A stretch of DNA of 64,000 nucleotides from Octopus vulgaris (GCA_951406725.2 OX597828.1:55118001-55182000); one strand, 5' to 3'; positions 37,505 to 52,120 are shown, counted from the stretch's first letter. Made by a program: numbers and translations. Notes: generated by a model not told the origin, from the sequence alone.

Positions 37505-39314
37505 AATCTGCATATATATATATATATATATATATGTTAATAAAATATATGCATATATATAAACATATATGTACGTACCTACCTCTACATGTACATATAC
37601 ACGCATATATGTGTACAGGACACCAAAAAGACGTCGAACACATAGAGAGACGAAAAACATAGACACAAACCAAGGAACAAGACAGGCAAAAAAAAAAAAA
37701 GGAGATACAGGACAATAAGCACAACGAAAAATCCCCTTCTTCAGTCGCTAAAGTTTCATCTACTAAACGTTTCGAAGGATAAAAGCGAGACGTATACTTC
37801 GAATGAAAAATTCCTTCCTGCGAAAAGCAAATCAATTAAAATTCTGAGATCTTTTCGCAGAGGGGTAAAAAAAAGCAAGACGGTAACGACAGTACAAACA
37901 TATAAACAGTAAAAAATATATATATAAACAGTGGAAAAATAAATATATAACAGTGAGAGACAGGACAAGGAGAACAAGATAAGAAGGGCTGTTAACGCCA
38001 GACGAAAAAAGTATTGCAAACGCTGGATTATAGTGGACGACGAGAGAGGAAGATGTCGACCAGTGGCCTTAGAAGGCGGGCGAGAAAGGACAGGATAGCA
38101 GTTACGACGGAAGTATCGTCGCAGATGGACGACGGGAATGGGGGAGGAGGAGCAAGAGGAAGAGAGAGAAGAAGGGGAATGGTGCGAGGAGACCATGAAG
38201 AACAGTGAGGGGGAGAGAGAGAGGAAGAGACAAGTTAAGTGAGGGAAAAAAGAAGAAAAAGGGAATGGGAGAGAAAGAAAGAAAGATGCAGAGTCGCGTG
38301 AGAGTTAATATCAAGGCGAACTTGATAAACAGAACAATCTTACTTAATATTGTATAAAACATCGTGGGTAAGGCCAAAACAATTCGAAGTAAATGCAATG
38401 TAAATCACAAGAATGCAAATATGTGAATTAGTGTAGACTTACCTTGTATTTAGTATTTCGGGGTTATGACCCCGTTTTCAAGAAAATGACGACGCATATC
38501 CGCAACATTTGTCAATTTCTTGAAAATGGGTCATAACACCGAAATATTGACTACAAGGTAAGTCTACATTAATTCACATATTCGTTTTCTTGTGATATAC
38601 TTTGCATTTACTTCGCATTGTCTTGGCCACCCACGATCTTTTATACAATATATTCTATACAATGCTTCATAGTAAGTATTCCATTATAATATATATATAT
38701 ATATACCGGAGTAAACACATAAATGTGAAACAAGGTGGAAAAAGAGTACTCAAATACAAGTGGTAGAGTAATATGCTTAAAATTCAACAAAACCTGTTAC
38801 TCTGAGTTTCACGTCCCCCTTCAGAGTAACAGGTTTTGTTGAATTTTCCGCTGCTTTAAATAAAGTATATATATATATATTTCGGTGCGAATGGTTTTGT
38901 TATGCGGTGCCGGGTTTTATAATCTTGTAAATAATAATAGACTTATATAATTTCCATTATTATTATTTACAGGATTGTAAAACCCGGCACCGCATAACAA
39001 AACCATTCGCATCGAAAGCACATAGAAAGTTTGTTTACAAATGCAACTATGAACTAATATAGTTCTTGAACATGACAGGCAAAAAGATGCTAATTCGGTG
39101 GTGTAGTGGTAACACACTTAGTCGCGTTAACGAAGGGATGTGGGTGTCGAATCCCGCACGGAAAGGAAGCCTTTTTTTTTCTGTCGAGGGCTTACATGTC
39201 CCATTATTAGAGTATTTTTCTTAGTCATTACACGGTGATCGATATTTATATATGTGTGTATATATTTGTGAGAGTGTGTGTGTCTGCTTTTGTCCCCCAT
39301 ATATATATATATAT

Positions 39315-39380
<66 letters not shown>

Positions 39381-39553
39381 GTATCTGCATATTTGCATAA
39401 CTTGTTTGTCCTGACATTTACTCCTCTACCGGCTCAAGTTCAGATCTCTTGAGCACTACGAAAAGAATACCTGCCTGTAATATATATGTGTGTGTGTGTG
39501 CGCACGTGTGTGTGTGTCTATATATATCTATATATAAAGCTAAGTAAGTGAGT

Positions 39554-39612
<59 letters not shown>

Positions 39613-40689
39613 TTAACTTCCTCGTACGAAAATCTAGGCCTTTGAGTCACTTACTTAGCTTTATGAGTAATAAGAATAGGTATATGTGTGTGTGTGTGTG
39701 TGACAGGTAGCGTATAGCTATGTGATGTCTGTGTCTACATCTAAATACACTTTAGATGATGAGTTCACAAGATACGACTTAGAAATACCTTCAAAGGGAA
39801 TCTAATTGTATCACGTAACATCTGTGCTATGCTGTGCAAGTGTTTGCTTAATGTGTGTGCGTCGGGCATGAGTATGCACGCGCGCCTGTTGGCGTGTGAA
39901 CGGGCGCGCGTTTTCGCATTTATATTCGTGCGTTTGCGTATAACCTACTGCAAACATCTGTTTGCGCAAAATAATATATATCTGCTTGAATGAATGTAGT
40001 ACGCTGTCATATAAATACATGCATGGAAACATACACGCTCATACATACATACATACATACATACATACATACATACATACATACATACATACATACATGT
40101 GTGTATGTGCTCTATGTATGTCTGCGTGTATACATACACATTTATATATGTGCACACATACACACATATATAAATATATATATGTTTATATAGACAGATA
40201 TGTATGGGGGTATCTATGTATGTACATAAAACAGCTTAGTGGAATATGATACTTAATGCGGGGTTTACCATTAGCAGGCAGTAAATCTGTTAATGAGGGA
40301 GCTTACGAAGGAGAAGGAACTACTTTCAAATCCCATCAGTGGCTATTATAATACACATTACCGGTGCCGTAATGACATAATTAACCAGCCATCAACACAT
40401 CTTTTGTAAATCTGAGCTTTTATAATGATGCGTAAAGAACTATATACCCATCCGTATAAAGGCGCGCGCACACAGACACACACACACGTTCGCGTGTGCG
40501 CTGGCGTATGTGTCTGTGCGTGTATGTAATATTTGCATGTATGTGTATGGCTGTGTGTGCATATGAGTGTGTATGTATGGATGCATTGATATTTATGCAT
40601 ATGGGTATGTTTGTGGATGTACATTAAGTATGTGTCTGTATAACAGTATGTTGTGTGCGCATATACGTATGTATATTTTTACGTATGTA

Positions 40690-41160
40690 TCCATGTATGT
40701 ATGCATGTGTGTATGTATGTATGTATGTATGTATGTATGTATGTGCGTATGTATGTATGTATCCATGTATGTATGTATGTATGTATGTATGCATGTGTGT
40801 ATGTATGTATGTATGTATGTATGTATGTATGTATGTATGTATGTATGTATGTATGTATGTATGTATGTATGTATGTATGTATGTATGTATGTATGTATGT
40901 ATGTATGTATGTATGTATGTATGTATGTATGTATGTATCCATGTATGTATGTATGTGTGTATGTATGTATGTATGTATCCATGTATGTATGTATGTATGT
41001 ATGTATGTATGTATGTATGTATGCATGTATGTATGTATGTGTGTATGTATGTATGTATGTATGTGCGTATGTATGTATGTATGTATGTATGTATGTATAT
41101 GTGTATGTGTGTATGTATTTATGTATGTGTGTATGTGTGTATGTATGTATGTATGTATGG
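40690..41160. repeat. (TATG)n microsatellite
   Basis: Direct inspection; a (TATC)n tract also lies at 41903-42155. Confidence 0.98.
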
Positions 41161-41902
41161 GACAGTGTAAGAGTGTGCATGTATATCTAAAAGTATATAT
41201 AAGTATATAAAAGAGCAAAGACGTACATAGTATTTTATATACAAATATGCGTCACTTGAGTGTTTGCACATGCTGAAGACTGGGTCTGCTGTATCACTCA
41301 TAGATTGCAGATTCCATTTGTTTATATATTTAACCAAATTTAACCAATCATAATTGATTTAATTAGGTATCACATTTTCGCTAAATTATTTTTTCTGTTT
41401 ATTCATATATTTGTAACATTAAGATGTTTGTGTATATTTGAATATCGGTATACGATTACAAAGCAGCATTATGGTTTTTCACCTACGATATAATTATGTT
41501 CTTTGATTCTCTGACACTAGTTCAGTGACGTCATATTTCGTGAAGAAATTTTTCTACAGCTATGAACCAAATTCATTCCAAAGGTTTGAATCACAAAACC
41601 TCTCGTATTTTACACGGCCATTGATATGGTGCAACAGAAGTTAGTTTGGTAGTAATGACATCTTCATGTAGCTAACAATTTATCGTTTTTCTTATATTCA
41701 GTTCTCAATATGGTGTAGACCGGGGCACATTGTGCGTTTGTTATAGAAACAGTTATCAAAAATGGCGAATCTTATAGGTTTCTTGCCGAACACTATAGCA
41801 TAACTGCTTTTACAGATTCAAGATATTCAGTTTCTGAGGCGCTATTGAATTAGTGAAAACGTAGATGGTTTGCTATTACATAAAATCTGAAACATATAAC
41901 GA

Positions 41903-42052
<150 letters not shown>

Positions 42053-42053
42053 C

Positions 42054-42112
<59 letters not shown>

Positions 42113-42179
42113 CCTATCTACCTATCTATCTACCTATCTATCTATCTATCTATCTGTCACACACACAGTATACTGTTCT

Positions 42180-42758
42180 GCTAGGGTAAGATCAATAACG
42201 AAAGTATTCCATCCAGTGAGAGATAAATATGTACATAGTATAAAGAATTTTACAAATGAGGACAAGAGATATCTCGAGAATAAACGAGAAAACGGTCTCG
42301 TTTTTTCTCGTGATTTCCTTTGTACCAGTGTCCTGATTTGTAAATTGTAAATTTTCCCTGTTAAAATTAATAAACATGTATGGTACGGTACTAAAAGCTA
42401 TCTGCGACCACATCACCTCTAACATCCGGCCACCTAACTTCCCAGACAGCAACTCCCTTGATTATTATGTAATGGGCGCAGTTGAGCGAGAGACCAACAA
42501 AACTCGTTGTAACACCAAAGATGAACTGAAAGCAAGAATTATGGCAGCATTGACCAACTTAAACAAAGAGACTCTCCAGAAGATTTGCAGTCGTCTGGAG
42601 GTTGTAGTTGAAGCCAATGGCGATTTTATTGAAAAAATTTACCCTTTAGTATTTCAAGATTTTTTAATGTAATTTTGGTAAATATATCTGTTAAAATGAG
42701 ATGTCAGTGTTATTTTTATTTTTGCCTAATTTAGACTACAGTTTATTCACCACATCAT

Positions 42759-42760
<2 letters not shown>
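42180..42760 (+). mobile_element. Tc1/mariner-superfamily transposase C-terminal remnant
   Basis: NIRPPNFPDSNSLDYYVMGAVERETNK...ELKARIM...RLEVVVEANGDFIE resembles WPPNSPDLNPLDY...RLEAVIEANGxxIE. Confidence 0.85.
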
Positions 42761-42802
<42 letters not shown>

Positions 42803-43339
42803 TTGTACAAACGGAATTTGAACTCAGAACGTAGCGCAGACGAAATACCGCTAGAGCATTTCGCCCGGAGTGCTAACGTTTCTGCTAGCTCACCTTCGGA
42901 TTGTGATGTTATGCAGCGGGTCACGTGCTCAAGAAAGGCTGCATTTCGGGTCGATATTACAGTTTTCTTCAAGTCTTCGGGAAACATGCCCAAGCATAGA
43001 CATTTTTTTTTTACTTTTTAGTATGCTGAGCGTTTCACACCCAGGTCTTCGTTGGAGGTTTATGGGTTTATGGGATGTCATCAAGAAGAGAGTGCTTCCT
43101 CAAGAGGTCACTTCCGACACGTATGATACTGTTCTCTTCACTTTTCCCCGCTAAATTAATGTATTTATTTTTGCTGCTGTTGTTTGGCAAGTGCAATCTG
43201 AGAGATACACCACGCTATCCTAAGTCTGTCTGCACTACTCTGAAGTCTACGTACTTCATTTCTTCTTAGGTAAAGTCCATCGATATTACTTTTCCTGTGG
43301 AAATTTTCATCTTGCGGGTTTTAACCTCTATGGAGTGGA

Positions 43340-44190
43340 TTACTTCTACAGACTAGTCCAGTATCCAAAATGTTGGAATCAGCACTGGTACTACAAATGC
43401 ATTGTGAAATATTGTCTTGTTGTAATAGCAGAGTTCCGACTGCCATATTTTTCAACGTCTGACGCAATATTCTCAGTCACATCTTTATTCACACTACTTT
43501 TGTATATGTTTTCATGAATGCCTCGGTACTTGTAGCTTTCTTTGTGTGAGCTGAGAGAGATAGTGAGGCCATTGGTGCACAGATTTTGGGTTTAAGGAAC
43601 TGATTTTCACTGTTGAACAATCAAATATGAACATTTCTTTTGGCCAAATTCCATTGTTATGTCAGCTGAAAATGTTATTAATTCTAACTGTGCTTTTAGA
43701 ATTATTAACATTTTTTTTTGCATAAATCTTGGGTGTCATTCATAAATAAATTATGGGTTATATTAATATTTCTAGCAGTTGTTTTAATGTTTCTAACATA
43801 TAGCCATTTGATTTTTATAGCAGGAATGATAGCAGATTTAATGCCAAAATGAATAGAATTACGGGAAGACTATCTCCTTAGAATATTCCCTTTGAAATAT
43901 TTATAACATTGGAGGAGATCGTTCCGCTCTCACTTCTAACTGTAGGAATTGTTGTCCAAGTGTTTGTGAGCCTCTCAATAGCAGTAATTAAGTTAGCAGG
44001 CACTTTACCAATTGTAGACACTTCAGCAACTATGACTAGAGTATAGAGTCGAACGCTTTCTTATAATCAAGACATACTGTTACAAGGCTTCTTTGCTGTT
44101 TTTCTCTCTTCAGACAGTACAGTATTATTTATCAAAATTTTTTCGGCACATCCCCACACTCTCTTATTTCCACCTGTCCCTCATCAGTCA
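43340..44190 (-). mobile_element. RLE-type (R4/Dong-like) non-LTR RT fragment
   Basis: WGCAEKILINNTVL, VCLDYKKAFDSI, ITHNLFMNDT and FSADITMEFG are RT motifs 3-6. Confidence 0.8.
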
Positions 44191-44197
44191 CATGTAT

Positions 44198-44252
<55 letters not shown>

Positions 44253-44991
44253 TCCTGTAAATAATAATAATGGTATTTTTATATATGATTAAAGCTTATG
44301 GCAATCACCGTGCAATGACTTAGGAAAATAAGTCAAATAAAGGAGCATATGAGCCCTCGACAGTAAAAAGAAGGCTTTCCTATCCGCGTGGGAGTCGAGC
44401 ATACATACATCTCTCTGTGTCTCTCTTTGTTTTGTTGACCACACGTACCTAGAAAGACTATCATTGACCATTGCCCTGGCAAAATGGTAGAAACATGGCA
44501 GCTTCCAATGGATAGAAAGTAGAGAGAGTAGGAGGAAGAAAGAGAGAGAGGGTGGAGAGAAGATGGTAAAGATGAGTCACTGGCGTGGGGTGGGGATTAC
44601 CTCCAAGTTACTGGGATGAGTATAGTCTGAAGTGCTCTAGAAATTGGAGGGCTGGGTAGATGAGTGGGTAAGTTCGCGAAAAAGGCAGTGGGGGACAGAG
44701 GGTGGAGAGAATGCAGTGAGTGAGCACAGGCAGGCGAGTGGGTATTAGGAGGATATACTGTGGGGAAGAGATTCAACACGGACTGTGTGCAGGTAGTTTC
44801 GTAATTGTGAGTTCGAGAAGGGAGTAAACCGATTACATCGAACCCACTGCTCAGTTGGTACCTACTTCATCGACCCTGAATGGATGAAAGGCAAAATCGA
44901 TCCTGTTTCTAAGTCGCGAAGCAGGGCATTTTCAACTATTTAAAAACAAGAGACTACTATATTCACTTTTCATTTAACACACACACATATA

Positions 44992-45039
<48 letters not shown>

Positions 45040-45235
45040 CATACATAGGGAGAATTTACAAAAATAAAACAAAAAACAAAAGACGAAGACGGGTGTGTAA
45101 ACAACAAACAGATGTATTAATTTAACGCTCGGGAAGTGAGAAAGTCTTTTACATTTCGAGCCTACGCTCTTCGACAGAAAAGAACACAGAAATAAACAGG
45201 GAGATAAAATAAAAAGAGAGAGAAAAATGAAATAC

Positions 45236-45313
<78 letters not shown>

Positions 45314-45449
45314 GTAACAACAGAAAAACGAGACCTTGATATTGGAGGAAAAGAGGATATATATCATAATTTAGAACAAACAGTAAAAGGTTGTCATTAT
45401 AGTACTCGGAGTTTATAATGACAACCTTTTACTGCTTGTTCTAAATTAT

Positions 45450-45490
<41 letters not shown>

Positions 45491-45496
<6 letters not shown>

Positions 45497-45735
45497 TCAC
45501 TCATATCTGAGCGAGCACGTGTATTTGTGAGCATACATCCACACTGATACACGCATACATATATAACGCGAAAAGAGAGATAACTAATGATTGTAGTATC
45601 CTTTCAAACTCTCTTCCCCACACGCTCTCGCCCAGTCTCTATCGTACATCAATCTACGCAACCGCCCAAAGTCAAACATTTCATTTACCTACATCACCGA
45701 AATTTGAAATCAAGAAATCTAACACTTTACATTAA

Positions 45736-45787
<52 letters not shown>

Positions 45788-46021
45788 CATACTCATATCT
45801 GAGCGAGCACGTGTATTTGTGAGCATACATCCACACTGATACACGCATACATATAAACGCCCAAAAGAGAGATAGTACCCCTTTAAACCCTGTCCCCCAC
45901 ACGCTCTCGCCCAGTCTCTATCGTACATCAATCTACGCAACCGCCCAATGTCAAACACTTCATTTGCCTACATCACTGAGATTCGAAATCAAGAAATCTA
46001 ACACTTTACATTAGTTCATAC
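45491..46021. repeat. Tandem duplication of a ~245-bp unit, each copy preceded by (TA)n
   Basis: 45491-45740 vs 45783-46021 are highly similar apart from one indel. Confidence 0.9.
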
Positions 46022-46335
46022 TGAAACCTTTTACTCTCTATATTTAGCGGGTTGTGGTAATTAGTATCCCTGGGTAGCTTATCAGATAACATCATTCGGT
46101 ATGTATGTTTGTAATATGTTTGTCACCGTATCTGCCCTGTTTACGCTCCCAGAATAATAGTTCGCATATGTTCATGATGCAGTTGCGACCGGTATCTTGC
46201 CCTTTGTTTTATGTGCATGTTGCTGCAAAACATGCATTTAACAATGCAGCCCTCTTTATCTAAGTCGTAGTTATTTGAGAATCTTGATTGCTCACCGGGC
46301 AAATACTTATGGCCATAGATACACATATACACATC

Positions 46336-46366
<31 letters not shown>

Positions 46367-46621
46367 TGTATGTATGTATGTATGTATGTATGTATGTATG
46401 TATGTATGTATGTATGTATGTATGTATGTATGTACGTATGTATATATCTTATGTTTTTAGTCGTTCGAATTCTTCCTCTGAAGAAGAAGCTGGTTTTTGA
46501 CAAAGGTACAAAGCTCCATCTTTGGAATGTAGATAATGAAAACAATGTAACTTGAGGAAAGACATTTTAAACTTGAGCAAAGACGAACATATGTTTTAAT
46601 AAAAATGTTTCGCCAGTATTT

Positions 46622-46793
46622 AGGCGTAGGAGTGGCTGTGTGGTAAGTAGCTTGCTTACCAGCCATATGGTTCCGGGTTCAGTCCCACTGCGTGGCACCT
46701 TGGGCAAGTGTCTTCTACTATAGCCTTAGGCCGACCAGAGCCTTGTGAGTGGATTTGGTAGACGGAAACTGAAAGAAGCTCGTCGTATATATG

Positions 46794-46863
<70 letters not shown>

Positions 46864-47043
46864 GGTGTGTGTCTGTGTTTGTCTTCCCCAACATCGCTTG
46901 ACAACCGATGCTTGTGTGTTTACGTCCCCGTAACTTAGCGGTTCACCAAAAAAGGCCGATAGAATAAGTACTAGGCTTACAAAGAATAAGTCCTAGGGTC
47001 GATTTGCTCGACTAAAGGCGGTACTCCAGCATGGCCACAGTCA
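46622..47043 (+). mobile_element. SINE family C, near full length
   Basis: A box ggctgtgtgg, B box ggttcagtccc, CORE-like accttgggcaagtg, internal (TA)n(TG)n. Confidence 0.88.
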
Positions 47044-47185
47044 TGGAAAATTTGACCGGCCACCTACTTGGTAGCAAGGTTGCGAAGGAAAGCATCTTTT
47101 AACAATCATCCTATAAATCTTAAGAACGTCTTGAAGGTTTATGTTGTCCCAGATATTGTGATCATTTATAGCACATTAATTAAGA

Positions 47186-47545
47186 AGGCGGTGAGCTGGC
47201 AGAGCAGTCAGCACGCCGGGTCGACTTTGCCTTTCATCCTTTCGGGGTCGATTAAATAAGTACCAGTTACGCACTGGGGTCGATATAATCGACTTAATCC
47301 GTCCGGCTGTCCTTGTTTGTCCACTCTGTGTTTAGCCCCTTGTGGGTAGTAAAGAAATAGGTATTTCGTCTGCCGCTACCTTCTGAGTTCAAATTCCGCC
47401 GAGGTCGACTTTGCCTTTCATCCTTTCGGGATCGATAAATTAGTACCAGTTACCCACTGGGGTCGATATAATCGACTTAATCCGTCTGTCTGTCTGTCCT
47501 TGTTTGTCTCCTCTATGTCTAGCCCCTTGTGGGTAATAAATAAAT
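47186..47545 (+). mobile_element. SINE family A, two-unit copy with an internal deletion
   Basis: Same unit junction aaagaaata|ggtatttcg as in 3890-4464. Confidence 0.85.
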
Positions 47546-47718
47546 AAAAATTAAGAATTTGTATTCTCTCTCCAAGATCCCAAGATCCCATTCTGTCTCC
47601 AAGATCCCAGGCGGGTTGGTATGTATCTCGTTACTCCAAAACTAATACGCATGAAATTGAAAGATTTGTAGGTATGTATGTAAGATTTATATTTTATTCA
47701 AGTTCTTCCTGAAAGAGT

Positions 47719-48305
47719 TCAAGCCAGTCTCTTACAAAACGACAACACTTTGAGTTTGTAAATACGTGATTGAGTTGATGTGATGGTTGAGCTATCGATA
47801 CACAAACCCAATGATACAATGCGGCATTCAAAGGCCGTTTGGACTGACCTTAGGCCTCTACTACCACCACTTCGTTTCACATAGGTTCTATCAGTGTCGC
47901 TGTTGAGGTGGAAGTTGCCAGTGATGGTCAATAGCTTTCTAGCTTTAATGTTCAGTCTGCATATCTCGCCGAATGTCCAGTTCAGTATTCTATTTGTTTG
48001 TTTTAGCACAGGCACTACAAACAGATTGTGAGATATCATCTTGTTAAATGCAGACAGCACTGAGTTTTATATTTCATGTAGTCTACAGAAGTACACTTTT
48101 GTTATTCTGGCTTTAGTCTCAGTACCAACGTTTGCAACATCTTCATCAATTCCAAGATATTTATAGCTTTCATCATTAGAGACAGAAGAGATAGACAAAC
48201 CATTGATGTACATGTTCTCCGTCTGGTCGACAATTTGTCATCGGTTGATTATCATAAATGAGCATTTATCTTGTCTAAATTCCATCCGTATGTTTCGTGA
48301 GAATG
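47719..48305 (-). mobile_element. RLE-type (R4/Dong-like) non-LTR RT/thumb fragment
   Basis: FSRNIRMEFRQDKC, YKYLGIDE, LSAFNKMISHNLFVVPVL, FHLNSDTDRTYVKRSGGSRGL. Confidence 0.85.
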
Positions 48306-48440
48306 TATGTATGCATATTTTTACACACAAACATACACACACACACGCGTGCATATGTGTGTGTGTATATATATACATATATATACGTATGTATATATAT
48401 ATATATATACATACATATACACACACACACACACATATAC

Positions 48441-48480
<40 letters not shown>

Positions 48481-48482
<2 letters not shown>

Positions 48483-48700
48483 AGAGTGTTCAAAAAGTAT
48501 CTCTGCAGTAAGTAGTTAATGGTTTTCTGGCGATTCTTGTACACTGATTCTTTACTTGCTCCCCAGAAAAAGAAGTCTGGCAGTATTAACTCAGGTGATC
48601 TTGGTGGCCAAAGTCCCTTGGAAATAATCCTTCACTAAAAAACTCTTGGTGATGCGCAGATAAAAAAAAATCACCGCGGAGAGACTTTTTGAACACCCTG
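48481..48700. mobile_element. Tc1/mariner-type MITE
   Basis: TIRs cagagtgttcaaaaagtatctctgc and gcggagagactttttgaacaccctg. Confidence 0.75.
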
Positions 48701-49018
48701 TGTGTGTGTGTGTGTGTATACACACATATATACACATACATACACTCGGTAGGAGCATGGTGTAGCTCTGTGTGTATGTGTGTGTCTTTGTGTCTGTGTT
48801 CCCCCACCATCGCTTGACAACAGGTGTGTTTACGTCGCCGTAACCTAGCGGTTCAATAAAAGGGATGAGACAATAAGCACCGAGCTTAGAAGAAAAATAA
48901 GTAACAGGCTCGCTTCATTTGACTAAAAAAATTACTCAAGACGGTGCCCAAGCATGGCCGCAGTCTAATTACTGAAACAAATAATGTGTGTGTGTGTGTG
49001 TGCTTGTGTGTGTGCGCG

Positions 49019-49067
<49 letters not shown>

Positions 49068-51494
49068 ATAATTCCAAGCTACATATGTTTCATAGCTTGC
49101 AGATGTTCTGATATAATAATTACTCGACGTGGAGTGCTCAGCTAGCTACACCAGGCCGAAGGTATTTTATCATATGAAGGTGACATTGTCGTTAAAGAAT
49201 CCTGACCCTTCCTTTAAAGTCAGCATCCATCTACACTAAATCCATCTTTTCCTTCACCCTCCCATTTTCTTTGTTCTAATCAACTTTAGACAATTTCCCA
49301 ATTCCAACTATTTGACCTCCCCTGTCACTTTTCTTATTTACTAAATATCTTATTTTTTCAAACATTTATTTTTTATATCTTTTTATTTGTTTTTTTTGCG
49401 TTTTTTTAAAATCTGTTCTTCGGGCTTCGTCTTATATCTATATCTTCGGCGACAATTTAACCTTCATATAATTAAGGCATCTTCGGCTTGATGAATAACT
49501 AACTGAGCATCTCACGTTGAGCAATTATTTCACAAGAAGATCTGTTAGCTTAGAAACATATGTATCCTGGATTTTACCTGCTCCACTCCCTCAATTTAGA
49601 TTTTTATTTGGAATCATAGCAATTCGAGTTGTTAATTGTGAACTATAAAAAATTGTTACCAGCTTATCGAACTTCAATATGGGAAAAGCCCTCAATCTTC
49701 AACTCCAATAAATTATTATTGTCCCTGAACGTTGTTCTTTTTTATATCTATCACGGACTGCTCGAAGCTTACAAAGTTCACACATACGTACACACACATT
49801 CACACACAAACACACACACACATAAATATATATGTGTATATATAGGCAAATCCAAACTAAAAAAACACAAGAAAAAACAACGAAAGTCAACTAGACGCAC
49901 GCTGTGAATGTATTAGATTGACGCTAAGTGAAAGCTTAAGATAATAGTAGAAATGACGTTTCGAACATGGATCTTCGTCAGAAAGAGGAAACAGTCTATT
50001 AAGGAGGAAAATTGAGAAGAAATAGATGGTTCAGAGAATTGAACTTGTGTCGTTACGTTGCCAAAACATAACTGCTCAGAAGTTGGAGATAGAGAGAGCG
50101 TTTTTTGAAGGCAGAAAAGTGCAAAAATGGCAACTGCGGGGAATGCTTGTGTATGAAGTGTATACGTGCATATATGTCTTTCTTTATGTGTGTGTGTGTG
50201 GGTGCGGTTACGAGTGGCGTGTTTGTATACTAGTGAGTGCTGCGTGGGATAGTACTTTGTGTCGTATGTGTTTGTGTGTCAGAGTAGATCTAACAGGTTA
50301 GTAGGAGTAGAGTGCAACAGTAGTATAGTACGTGAGGTCGAGAGGCTGGGCAATGTGTGTGTGTGTGTGTGGCGCTATGTGTGTAGGTCTGTGTTCGTGC
50401 GTACGAGTGTGAGTGTGTGAACGAGTGTATGTGTATATGTGTGTATGTATGTGTTTACGTGTGCATGTGCATATAAGTGTGTACGGGTGTGTATGAGGAT
50501 TTTTTGTACGTTCTTATGATTATATGTATATGCATGTATGTGTGTATGCGTGTGCGTGTGCGTGTGCGTGTGTGTGTGTGTGCAACAAATATGTATACGT
50601 GTGGGGTGGTGTAAGCTATGTATGTAAGTGTCTCAAAGAGTGTGGAAGATAAGTGGAGAGAGAAAAGGAGGAGGGAAGTAGAGGAAAGGAGAAAGGAGAG
50701 AGAAGGAAGTGTGAAGCTGTTACATGAAAGAAGCTGTTACAAGTCCAAACAGTGTATGAGTAGCGTGAAAATGTAGCGCTGCTTCTGGCAAAATCTGGCG
50801 GTGGTGGTTCCATCGTGTAAGTCCAGGCCAAAGACAGTGAAGTGTTGATCGGACACACATGCTTACACTATACCTACACACATATGCCAACCACGTATGC
50901 ACGTGCAAATGCAGGCTAATACATATATGTATTCATGTGGGCAATAATTCTGGAACGGTGGATGTAAGTATTATGTTAGCGGTGAAACACATAGAATAAT
51001 GGATGAGTTGGTAACAGAATAATGAATATTTCAGTAGCAGTAATTGGTGGGAGTGCAAAAGATATAAATTTTGCAATAATTAATCGGAGCACTTTTATCA
51101 ATGTGAATTAAGTAAATGAATAAGTAGCGTTGGAATTTGTTAACCATGTGACTCCCTAATGTACTAAACAAGATAACACAGTAAATGATTTTTCACTGTG
51201 TTATGACGTTCTCTTCACTTAAGATAAATGTAGCAAAGTAGAGCTGGAAAGAAATAGAAGAACTGTTTAAATTCTTTAAAAACTTTGAACTTTCCATAAC
51301 GACAAAAAATAATTTCCGTGTGTTTAAATACTAACTTGTATGAACCATATCATGAGCCTATTGAATACTTGTATTTGTGATTAAGGATTCTAACCATCCA
51401 CTCGCAATTATATATGCAATAGTAAACAGCGTATCTTATAGGCTATCTCAACTTTCACCGAATGAAAGAATTATCAATTCAGGCCAAATATTAT

Positions 51495-51760
51495 TAGGTA
51501 GCACTAGCAAAAATAGTCAAGCAGGAAGAGGAAACGATAGATAGATACAACCCTCTTAAGTACGAAATAACCCGGCTATGGAAAATGAAGAAGGTGAAGG
51601 TGCCAAATATTATTGGATCCTTGGGAACAGTACCAGAAGGCATCAAGAAGAATAGACAGGAAATTGGGATAGAGTGCTCAGTAGAACTGTAACAAGAGAT
51701 TTGCTTCCTTGGCACGACAAGAATAATCAGGTAAGTATTAGGTAGCTGAAAAGAAGGAAT
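51495..51760 (+). mobile_element. RLE-type non-LTR endonuclease C-terminal fragment
   Basis: ETIDRYNPLKYEITRLWKMKKVKVPNIIGSLGTVP...ICFLGTTRIIR resembles EKxxKYxxL...VIGALG...LGTARILR. Confidence 0.8.
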
Positions 51761-52058
51761 AGCTTGGTACCGTAGGCTGCAGGTAGTAAGCCCACCGCTA
51801 CGCATGCAAGACTGGAGAAGCTCTAACAAAACATGTGATAAAGAGAAAAAAAAATAATAATAACAAAGTCATGCGCTGTATATCTTGATATGAGATCACC
51901 GTGTCGCGCATGTGTGGTTGTGATGCATGTGCTTCGTGTACCCTTATCAGACGGATAGCCATGACGGATATACTGGGCTTCGTATAGTTGTACTATAGTG
52001 TCATACGCTGCTCTCTCACTCAATAATAATAATAGTAACAACAACAACAACAACAACA

Positions 52059-52120
<62 letters not shown>

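Noticed and set aside
37725-37795. Possible type II hammerhead on the minus strand (GAAACGUU ... CUGAAGA)
   Set aside because: Stem I cannot be formed convincingly.
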